Shown here: positions 33,462 through 40,237 of the stretch, piece after piece
Layout: the number at the start of each line of letters is the position of its first letter
Position numbering within the stretch: position 1 is the stretch's first letter
Virus record (IMG/VR): IMGVR_UViG_3300045988_037990
DNA: 40,237 nucleotides
Direction: 5' to 3' (one strand)
Origin: a virus
The notes under the pieces: model-generated
Told to the model about the DNA's origin: nothing
Databases searched by the model: none
The model's input: only the letters and a program-made list of their open reading frames with translations
Program-made: the position numbers and the translations under genes

Positions 33462-33782
33462 CTATAGTACTTCCGCAATTCCTTTTGCAAGTCTTGCGGC
33501 TTTCTGCATCAAGCCGTTCTCTTCTAGGTATTCTAGCCCCTTAAGGGTTATCCTGATACCCTCTAGTCCTTCAATGTTTGGTGTTGGGTCTCCTATGTAT
33601 TGGATCACCTGGAATCCCTCAACGTATCCATTTTTCAGTAGCATGCCTAGAAGTGCTTTTCTCTTTGGTTCTGTGATGCCTAGGTTGTCCGCTGAAAGTC
33701 TTCGGATGTCTACAACCTCATAGTCCATTGATTTTTGCAGAATTGATAAAATTTTGTATATCGTTCTGAAATCTTCCGACAT
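33462..33782 (-). CDS. YjcQ-family winged-helix protein
   Basis: IYKILSILQKS...LLKNGYVEG...ITLKGLEYLEENG matches the YjcQ pattern by eye. Confidence 0.7.
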   Translation of the reverse strand: MSEDFRTIYKILSILQKSMDYEVVDIRRLSADNLGITEPKRKALLGMLLKNGYVEGFQVIQYIGDPTPNIEGLEGIRITLKGLEYLEENGLMQKAARLAKGIAEVL

Positions 33783-33800
33783 GTTCTGCCTCCTAATCTA

Positions 33801-33830
33801 CTAAAAAACCGCACTATTTCTAGCACGGCT
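33801..33830 (-). terminator. Terminator hairpin immediately upstream of the YjcQ-like RBS (homologous to the one at 33409-33439)
   Basis: On the minus strand, AGCCGUGCU-AGAAAU-AGUGCGGUU is followed by UUUUUAG. The SD AGGAGG then follows within about 10 nt. Confidence 0.6.
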
Positions 33831-33945
33831 CTTGAGATGAACCTCTGCCCGGTGATGCTTACCCGGGTACCCTTTTGGCCACTTCGGCGTGTGAGACGCA
33901 TCTTTTACCCACTTCAGATGTCCATCCTGTATTCATAGTATGCCA
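33831..33945 (-). promoter_or_regulatory. Structured about 115-nt leader between MuF and the YjcQ-like gene (attenuator or riboswitch-like candidate)
   Basis: A candidate P1 helix pairs GAUGGAC with GUUCAUC (plus-strand 33920-33926 with 33836-33842). It encloses two hairpins, GCGU/ACGC and CCCGG/CCGGG, and two 14-nt direct repeats. Confidence 0.3.
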
Positions 33946-35475
33946 TCAATTTTCTTTTTTGTAAAGCAGTTTGATTTTTCCTTTTTTCTCTTTGGCAATA
34001 AATCTCTTTGAGTTAATTGTATAGGCTGTGATTATTGAATTATTCTTGTCAGTGGCCTCTGAACCTTGCGATAACTTGATAACCATTTGTACGCTTTTTC
34101 CTGAATCTGAATCTATTTGTTTAACTGCCCATACCGTGTTTTCTCGTCCCGCTTCTTGATAGGTGGCATCCGGGTCTTCCAGTATATCTTTTGCATGCTT
34201 TACAACAAGATCATATATATCTGGATGCCTTTCTTTTATGTGCAGAGCTCTTTCATCAGTGAATATCGTTTTAGTTGTGTTTAAGTTTTCAGGGTACCCA
34301 TATTTTTTAGGATCAATCTCACCAAGACTGCTATAACTTGGTGATGAAGAAACTCGTTTCTTTGGCCTTCTTACAGGCTTGTAAGGTCTGCCTTTTGTTC
34401 CGCCTATCTTCTCGGCTGAATAGTCTCTCTTTAATCGGCCCTTAGAAGCGTCTACAAGCTCTTTCAATCTCATCTTGTTGTATTTATACCAGTAATCTTC
34501 TTTCGTCGTGTCTAGCCCTGCTGCAGCTTTCACGCGGCGCTCTCTATCCCACTTTCTCATGTTTCTTTCATAGGACCTTTGCCTTTGTTCCATCTGGTAT
34601 ATTCTGTCATTTTCTCTAGGGTTTACAGGCTTGTTATAATCTTCGCTTATTCCTGGAAAGTATGCGGTAAATGAATGCCTACAGTTCCATCCGCCAAGTC
34701 CTGCGCCTGTTCCGTATCCTGTAGTCTCGTAAAAGTTCTCGTAATTTCCTTCCGGATAGTTTACCCAGAACACTTTCCCTTGCCAGGCTGCGTGGCTTGG
34801 TCTGGCTCCCATGTGGGCACTTGTCTGTACTAGATTTATATCTAGCTCATCAATGACCGACTTCTCGCAAGCCAGGGCGTTCTGGTTTACCGCGGTTCGT
34901 ACTGCCAATCGAACGGCCGCCTCGATTGATCGTTGAGCACCGCTTGGGTAGGATACTTTTGTTAGGCCTTCTCTGCATAGCTTGTCTATCGTGTTTGCGG
35001 TTGCTTGATCTAGTGAGTAAGCTCCGCTTGATACCTGAAGATAAGCCATGTCGTAGTATCTCATAAAAGTGTCGCTAGCCAATTGAGCTGTGGTCCTTGT
35101 AAGGTTCTGGATGTCTCCCCACAGTGCTGATGTTCCTTTTTTGATCTGATCCGAAAATTCTAAGCCACTTGTGTCGTATCCTCCAGCCTCTAGTCTGTCG
35201 AATGTGTCGCGGATACTTTTATAAGCGCTCTGTTGCATGATCCGGTTGACTTCTTCTTCGGAAGTGTGAAGTATTTCAGCTAGTCTTTTGTTAATCCAGT
35301 CTTGCTGCAACCCGAGTTGTTTTAGCTTGTTGTTCAAATATTCTGCTGTGCTTGTCATAGCATCCTGATTCATCTTGATCCGCTCCGCTATGTCCACCAG
35401 TATTTCTGTTGCCAGTTCCTGATACAGCTTTTCTAGGTCGTCACCTACGTTCTGCAGGTAGTTCGGTTCTAGCAT
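33946..35475 (-). CDS. MuF/SPP1-gp7-like head morphogenesis protein with an extra C-terminal domain (nuclease-toxin-like, PBECR-type candidate)
   Basis: The MuF core motifs read GARPSHAAWQGKVF and GWNCRHSF. A basic linker, RPYKPVRRPKKR, follows. The last about 113 aa form a separate domain containing ERALHIKERHPD. Confidence 0.75.
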   Translation of the reverse strand: MLEPNYLQNVGDDLEKLYQELATEILVDIAERIKMNQDAMTSTAEYLNNKLKQLGLQQDWINKRLAEILHTSEEEVNRIMQQSAYKSIRDTFDRLEAGGYDTSGLEFSDQIKKGTSALWGDIQNLTRTTAQLASDTFMRYYDMAYLQVSSGAYSLDQATANTIDKLCREGLTKVSYPSGAQRSIEAAVRLAVRTAVNQNALACEKSVIDELDINLVQTSAHMGARPSHAAWQGKVFWVNYPEGNYENFYETTGYGTGAGLGGWNCRHSFTAYFPGISEDYNKPVNPRENDRIYQMEQRQRSYERNMRKWDRERRVKAAAGLDTTKEDYWYKYNKMRLKELVDASKGRLKRDYSAEKIGGTKGRPYKPVRRPKKRVSSSPSYSSLGEIDPKKYGYPENLNTTKTIFTDERALHIKERHPDIYDLVVKHAKDILEDPDATYQEAGRENTVWAVKQIDSDSGKSVQMVIKLSQGSEATDKNNSIITAYTINSKRFIAKEKKGKIKLLYKKEN

Positions 35476-37031
35476 TAGGCCTCACCCTCTGGCTCCTCTT
35501 TGTTTTGATTATCTTGCTGGAAGAACATACTTTGAATTCTGTCTGCCGGGTTCTCTGTTTCTCCGGTCATCTCGCGTGCGGTCTGTTCGTCCTCTCCGTA
35601 ATACCTGACGCGATATTCCCATTTCTGTAGGATGCCTGCCGAGATTTCCTGAAGCATTCTTAGACGTTCCGCTTCCTCGTCTGAAAACATAGTGTCGTCA
35701 AATTGAATTGTGATTCGAACGTCTGGATCAAGCCCGGATATGTGGCACTTCTCTTTGCCTAAAATGATAATTGATCTCGTCAACTCTGTAAGGGCGTCCT
35801 GGATTGCGATACGCTGCTTCCAGACGCTTTCTGTTAGCTCTTTATTGCTTGCACGAACCTGAGTTGCTGTAGTCATGTTCTGGATACTGAACTGATATCT
35901 GTTTTGACCAAGTCCGCATTTACTTGATAAAAGATTTAGATTGAATTGAACGTTCTCTTTGTTCTCGTCAACTCGAAGGCTAGGGTTATATTCCTCAAAA
36001 AGTCGAGGCTTGTCTGGGCTTACTTGTGTTCCCGTACTTACGTAGAGAGATTTCTCCAAAGTTGCACCGACATCTGGCTCTTGCCTTACTGGTACTCGTT
36101 CGCCTTTATCGTTTAGCGCATAGGCTGTTGGCTTCATGCTAAATAGTGCCTGATCCATGAATACTTTCTTTTTTCCCAACAAAGTATCCATGAATAGGTT
36201 GTCGTATGCCAAGTCGCAACTTTCCAGCATGTCAATTGCGTTTGCGTAGATCGACATCCCTAGAGGCACGTCTGCTATGTTGTTTTCGATATTTGGCTTT
36301 AGGATCACGAAAGGTTTACATGGTAATTTATAGCTGATTGCTTCGCCGTGTGGCGCTGGTACTCTTTCATAGCCTACAGCGTCTCCTGACACGTTGTTGA
36401 TCTTGAAGTAATGGTTGTAGATATGGTAGCCTTCTTGCTCTTGCTTGAAGACCTGAATGTACATGAAACTCTCCCCGTTTTGTGTGTACTCGCTAGCCAG
36501 TGCAATTTCTGAGATGTCTTCCTCGTCATAGGTCAATGGCACTATTTTCTGTGCGTCCTTGATAGCTTTGATTTGTACACTTTGGGCACTTAGCTGTCCT
36601 TTGTTTACTGTTGGATTTACTAGCTGCAGATAGAAGCACACAGTCCCCTGTGCGAATTCTCTTTCGACGGCTTTGTTTCCTAGCTTCCAGAACTTACTGT
36701 TTCCTAAAACTCCACCGTTCTGGTCTTCTTTGTCTCCGGTCAGAAATTCTTGCGTGATGCTCGTTCCGTGGTCATCACACTCTACAAGAATTCGAGTCTT
36801 ATCGTTTAGAAGTAAATCGGCCCAATCTTCGCAGACCTTCTTGGCCATGCGCATTTGCTTGCGTTTTACTTGTCTGCTGTTTCCGTTTTCGTTCTTGATC
36901 TCGTACTTATGGAATTCTTGAACGTAGCCCTTCCACCAATCGTTCCAGAATTGAATTTTGTTGTAGTAGTCTTGGACTTCCTGGCTCACAGGATATCCTA
37001 AGTCCTTTAGTATTGTGAATAAAATTCTCAT
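35475..37031 (-). CDS. Portal protein
   Basis: 518 aa, lying between terL and MuF, with an acidic C-terminus. Confidence 0.8.
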   Translation of the reverse strand: MRILFTILKDLGYPVSQEVQDYYNKIQFWNDWWKGYVQEFHKYEIKNENGNSRQVKRKQMRMAKKVCEDWADLLLNDKTRILVECDDHGTSITQEFLTGDKEDQNGGVLGNSKFWKLGNKAVEREFAQGTVCFYLQLVNPTVNKGQLSAQSVQIKAIKDAQKIVPLTYDEEDISEIALASEYTQNGESFMYIQVFKQEQEGYHIYNHYFKINNVSGDAVGYERVPAPHGEAISYKLPCKPFVILKPNIENNIADVPLGMSIYANAIDMLESCDLAYDNLFMDTLLGKKKVFMDQALFSMKPTAYALNDKGERVPVRQEPDVGATLEKSLYVSTGTQVSPDKPRLFEEYNPSLRVDENKENVQFNLNLLSSKCGLGQNRYQFSIQNMTTATQVRASNKELTESVWKQRIAIQDALTELTRSIIILGKEKCHISGLDPDVRITIQFDDTMFSDEEAERLRMLQEISAGILQKWEYRVRYYGEDEQTAREMTGETENPADRIQSMFFQQDNQNKEEPEGEA

Positions 37032-38261
37032 TTAAGTTCTCCTTCCTGTGATCAGGTCCATATATGTCGACCAGCTGTAAAAGTGGGCGTCGAATGTATC
37101 AACGTCAGTTGTAAAGTCATCCAGAATCTTATCTTCCTTTGATTTTGTGTCGTATAGGGCTGTGCTCAAACTTTCGACCACCATAGGTACTGCCTGGAAC
37201 TTCATCTTGTGCCGGTTCAGCATCATGTTGTATGTCAGAATCCTTGTCTTTCCGTCTATCTTGCGGCAATCCATCACGTTGGTTGGAAAGCCTGCCCTTT
37301 GTACGGCTACTCGTATACTGTTCAAAATGACTTGTTCTGCGTTATCTACAAAAACGCTTGATACCACGAAGCCTTGAATCCATAAAGCTCTGATCAGGTC
37401 GACCGTCTCTGTGCAAAGTCTTTCGGCATCTATAGTTCCTTTAGCGTGTACGACTTTACGCTCTGCAAAGGTTACAATCTCAGAAAGGTCTGCCGTGATT
37501 CCCGTTACGATCAGGCTACTGTGTGAACGTGTTCCACCTATGTCCAGGCCTATATTGATCATGTTAAAAAGTGGGAGTTCTCCTTTGACTTCCCACTCGT
37601 CTGGATTGTCTGCAAACTGTGGAAAGAGTAGCCCTTCCGCGTTGCACCATTCTCCTAGTATGTATCTGTTGTATAGGACTGTCCCTCGATATTCGAGTTT
37701 CAAGTTCTCCACGAACTCCTGCGGCAGAAACGGGTTGTCTTCAATCGTGTATTTCTGTCGGAATATGTCCGCTCCTGATTCTAGAAACTTTAAAAACCAA
37801 TGGTTCTTGTTGTCCGGGTTGCAGGTTCCATCAAAACAGCTATACGGTTTGTCAAGACGCGACTTTAGCATGTCGAATACTTTCTTATTCCAGGTTACGA
37901 CTTCATCCCCGTAGCAGTACGCTACTGAGGCCCCTTGTATCTTTGTAACCTGGCTTTCTTTGTCTGCGCCTATCGCGTAGCACATACGACCGAAAAGCTT
38001 TACCGTGTTGTCTGGTCTTACTCGTCCAACTAGTTCTGGGCCGTATAGTTCTCGCATGGGCTCTAGAACGTTTCTTTCAAGTGTCGACTTTGTGTTTCCT
38101 ATGAGGAACACGTGGCCTGGAAGCCCCTCTATAGCTCTGATTCGCTTTGGAATGATGTAATAGTCCAGCCACGTCTTTCCGCTACGTGTAGCCCCTTCTT
38201 TTATGTTCCAGCGGCTTGGTTTATGATTCCAGAACTCTTTCTGTTTCTCAGTTAGTTCCAC
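37032..38261 (-). CDS. terL: Terminase large subunit
   Basis: Walker A reads GATRSGKT and the size is 409 aa. The nuclease-half acidic motifs read IGLDIGG and VFVDNAEQ. The start is GTG. Confidence 0.88.
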   Translation of the reverse strand: MELTEKQKEFWNHKPSRWNIKEGATRSGKTWLDYYIIPKRIRAIEGLPGHVFLIGNTKSTLERNVLEPMRELYGPELVGRVRPDNTVKLFGRMCYAIGADKESQVTKIQGASVAYCYGDEVVTWNKKVFDMLKSRLDKPYSCFDGTCNPDNKNHWFLKFLESGADIFRQKYTIEDNPFLPQEFVENLKLEYRGTVLYNRYILGEWCNAEGLLFPQFADNPDEWEVKGELPLFNMINIGLDIGGTRSHSSLIVTGITADLSEIVTFAERKVVHAKGTIDAERLCTETVDLIRALWIQGFVVSSVFVDNAEQVILNSIRVAVQRAGFPTNVMDCRKIDGKTRILTYNMMLNRHKMKFQAVPMVVESLSTALYDTKSKEDKILDDFTTDVDTFDAHFYSWSTYMDLITGRRT

Positions 38262-38751
38262 TATCGTCTCCGGCTACTGTGTCCATAGCTTTCAATAAAA
38301 GATCCAGTTTCGTAATCTCTTTAGAAGGATCGCCTTGTCTCTTGATCTGTTCAGCCTGTGCATTCATCAGCTTCGTTCTGGCTCTGTCTAGACTTGTGAC
38401 TGGTTGCTGTCCTGTAAGGTCTCGAATGAATTCTGCAGCCCTTACGTCTCCGCGTGTGGCTTTGTTGAACATGGTTGCGGCTAAAAGCATTTGATTGCTG
38501 AGCTCCTCATCTTCTAATCCCATGTCAATCAGTTTCTCTTTATTTCTTTCGCTCGGCTCCAACTCTAGGATTGCAGCCAGGCATTGTTTCAGCTTCTTTT
38601 TCTTTTTCTGGACTTTCTGGCTTGCGGCTCCGCCCTTGCGTCCCATCTCTGCCGCATTCTCTTTTGTGAATGGTTTCAGGTTCTGCATGGGGTCCTTGCG
38701 CTGTCTTGCCGCTTCGCTTTTCGTGCGCCCAGCTAATCCCTTAGCAGGCAT
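38248..38751 (-). CDS. terS: Terminase small subunit (putative)
   Basis: 167 aa with a basic N-terminus (KGGAASQKVQKKKKK). It lies immediately upstream of terL and overlaps it. Confidence 0.6.
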   Translation of the reverse strand: MPAKGLAGRTKSEAARQRKDPMQNLKPFTKENAAEMGRKGGAASQKVQKKKKKLKQCLAAILELEPSERNKEKLIDMGLEDEELSNQMLLAATMFNKATRGDVRAAEFIRDLTGQQPVTSLDRARTKLMNAQAEQIKRQGDPSKEITKLDLLLKAMDTVAGDDSGTN

Positions 38752-40045
38752 CTGATATCAGCTCCGCCTGTTCTCCGGTGTAATCTTCCCAGCGCTTGAT
38801 AATTACATCGGCATAGTGTGGATCATACTCCATCATGAAGCACCTCCGTCCTAGCTGTTCGCAAGCCATAAGAGTGGAGCCTGAACCTCCGAATAGGTCC
38901 AGCACATTTTCTCCAGTTCGGCTGCTGTTCTTGATCTGTCTTGCAATCAGTGGAATTGGTTTCATGGTTGGATGCAGATCGGATTTCGTGGGCTTCTTCT
39001 CGTCCAGAATCGTTGTGTCCTTGCACCCCCCCAGGATTGATTTTAGAAGGTCTTTAAGCTCGTCCTTCTTCATGTGGTCAATGTCCAGGTTTTCTGTGTC
39101 TTCGAGTACGGTTACAAGGTTTCTTGTGTTGACAAAGTAATGGGCTGCGCCATCTTTCCATCCGTATAGGCATGGCTCGTGTTTCCACTGGTAGTCCTGG
39201 CGACCCAGTGCGAATGTGTTCTTGTTCCAGATCAAGGTTTGTCGGATGTTTAGGCCTGCGCGTTCTGCTGCTTCCAGAAAGTTCTTACTCTGTGTGGATG
39301 CGTACCAAATATAAAAGGCTCCTCCGGCCTTGAGCTGTTCTGTCATGTTCTCGAAGGCTACTTTTAAAAACTCGATAAAGCCCTCGTCGTCTTCCCATGA
39401 GTCGTTATCAATGACCAGTCCGTCGGTTCTTCGGTGTAGCTGTTTGGCTTCGCTTGGTCTCATGTGTTGCCCTAAGGCTACGTTATACGGTGGATCAGTT
39501 ACGACCATATCCATAGTAGCGTCGCTGCAAAGCTTTTCTACATCCTGGCGTTTGGTACTGTCTCCGACCATCAATCTGTGCCTTCCTAGCATCCAGCATT
39601 GTCCTCTTTTGGTTGTTGGCTCTTCCGGAATCTCTGGCTCGAAGTTGTCGTCCTCTGCGATTTTCTCGTCGAAGGTCTCTGTCTCAAATCCGAATGGTTC
39701 CATATCAAAGTCCATGTTGTCTAGCTCTTCCAGTTCAAACTGTAAAGCGTCAAGGTCCCATTGTGCTGCTTCCGCGACTTTGTTATCTGCCAGTCGGTAG
39801 GCTTTCACCTGTGCTGGTGTTAGATCGTCGGCCTGGATGCATGGGACAGTCTCTAGGCCTAGCTTTTGTGCCGCCTTCCATCTCGTGTGTCCTGCAATGA
39901 TGATCAGATCTTTATCCACCACAATCGGTTGCTTGAATCCGAACTCGTCTATAGATGCTGCAACTAAATCGACGGCATCTTCGTTGAGTCGTGGGTTGTT
40001 CTCGTAAGGCTTCAGGTCGCATGTTCTTATGTCTGTAATGTTCAT
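38741..40045 (-). CDS. ParB-like nuclease domain fused to a DNA methyltransferase (N6A/N4C, beta class)
   Basis: The N-terminus is ParB-like (KPYENNPR...IIAGHTRWKAA). MTase motif IV reads VVTDPPYNV and motif I reads LDLFGGSGST. Confidence 0.88.
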   Translation of the reverse strand: MNITDIRTCDLKPYENNPRLNEDAVDLVAASIDEFGFKQPIVVDKDLIIIAGHTRWKAAQKLGLETVPCIQADDLTPAQVKAYRLADNKVAEAAQWDLDALQFELEELDNMDFDMEPFGFETETFDEKIAEDDNFEPEIPEEPTTKRGQCWMLGRHRLMVGDSTKRQDVEKLCSDATMDMVVTDPPYNVALGQHMRPSEAKQLHRRTDGLVIDNDSWEDDEGFIEFLKVAFENMTEQLKAGGAFYIWYASTQSKNFLEAAERAGLNIRQTLIWNKNTFALGRQDYQWKHEPCLYGWKDGAAHYFVNTRNLVTVLEDTENLDIDHMKKDELKDLLKSILGGCKDTTILDEKKPTKSDLHPTMKPIPLIARQIKNSSRTGENVLDLFGGSGSTLMACEQLGRRCFMMEYDPHYADVIIKRWEDYTGEQAELISDAC

Positions 40046-40065
40046 GTGTGTTCACCTCTGTTGTA

Positions 40066-40092
40066 TTAAAAAAGAAGCTGTGTCTGCTTCTT
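40066..40092 (-). terminator. Terminator hairpin immediately upstream of the first late gene
   Basis: On the minus strand, AAGAAGC-AGACACA-GCUUCUU forms a 7-bp stem, followed by UUUUAAUAC. The RBS and ATG of the ParB-MTase gene follow within about 20 nt. Confidence 0.65.
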
Positions 40093-40107
40093 TGTTGTCT
40101 ATGATTA

Positions 40108-40210
40108 CCCGGAGCGCTGAAATACTAAAATTAATCCCATGATTTGTCGTAGCTGCTGTTAACGTTGATTAGAAAGCACTCGTTTTTTTTAGAAAGGAGG
40201 ACGCTCCGGG
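40108..40210. repeat. 9-bp long-range inverted repeat (CCCGGAGCG / CGCTCCGGG) enclosing 85 nt
   Basis: I read the arms directly at 40108-40116 and 40202-40210. The second arm is also present at 84-92. Confidence 0.8.
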
Positions 40211-40237
40211 TAAAAGAAAAGAGGGCCCTTTTCTATC
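40119..40237. repeat. Direct terminal repeat, copy 2 (identical to 1-119)
   Basis: Exact identity with the start of the window. Confidence 0.95.

Larger units (their letters stand above)
1..40237. mobile_element. Complete temperate phage genome (siphovirus-type, 40,118-bp unit plus 119-bp end overlap)
   Basis: The packaging-head-tail-lysis gene order is canonical. An integrase/repressor module and a PolA/primase/SNF2 replication module are also present. The two ends are identical over 119 bp. Confidence 0.9.

Noticed and set aside
33710-33901. Listed 63-aa ORF spanning the leader and the start of the YjcQ-like gene
   Set aside because: It is Arg-rich and out of frame with the YjcQ-like gene. 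It runs through the terminator hairpin and has no SD. The region is better explained as structured non-coding RNA.
40108-40210. tRNA/tmRNA or small ORF within the 9-bp-stem element
   Set aside because: The 85-nt loop shows no acceptor, anticodon or T-arm pattern. The only ORF there is 11 codons long and has no SD.
1-40237. Alternative genetic code (stop-codon reassignment), as seen in some gut phages
   Set aside because: All large genes, including TMP, pol, primase, portal, terL and MCP, are intact and full length under the standard code. No in-frame TAG, TGA or TAA interruptions are evident.

Overview
The window is one complete temperate siphovirus-type phage genome. Bases 1-119 are repeated exactly at 40119-40237, so the unit length is 40,118 bp. 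The host is probably a Firmicute, judging from strong GGAGG-type Shine-Dalgarno sites, an M23+SH3b lysin, a holin, XRE and S24-like repressors and a tyrosine integrase. Nearly all genes are on the minus strand. Read in the minus direction (and across the circular junction), the order is as follows. A sigma-r4-like late regulator (177-605) comes first, then a terminator-rich leader. The late operon follows: ParB-methyltransferase, terS, terL, portal, a MuF protein with an extra C-terminal domain, a YjcQ-like cassette, scaffold, major capsid, four connector proteins, major tail protein, two chaperones, tape measure, Dit, a Gp37-like protein and fibres/RBP. Next is a lysis region in which five unknown genes sit between the endolysin and the holin. 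After that come small cargo genes and attP. The plus strand carries the lysogeny module: an XRE regulator, a CI-like HTH plus S24-like protein, and the integrase. The early and replication genes lie at 609-13263 on the minus strand. They include SNF2 helicase, VRR-NUC, MazG-like protein, VirE-type primase-helicase, family A DNA polymerase, DUF2815-like and DUF2800-like proteins. An iteron/AT-rich candidate origin lies next to the primase gene. I saw no tRNA, rRNA, CRISPR array, reverse transcriptase or transposase. The observations most worth follow-up are listed here. (i) A five-gene block bracketed by terminators sits inside the lysis cassette. It encodes Q/N-rich proteins, a membrane protein and a BclA-C/C1q-like protein. 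(ii) A MuF head protein carries a C-terminal nuclease-toxin-like domain, followed by a YjcQ-like gene flanked by twin homologous terminators and preceded by a riboswitch-like leader. (iii) A repeated TAGAACAC(A)ATG start-associated sequence and a 13-mer occur three times. (iv) The leader upstream of the late operon is structured and carries two terminators. (v) A plus-strand gene is embedded in the minus-strand early operon. All protein-family calls come from reading motifs by eye; no database search was possible.
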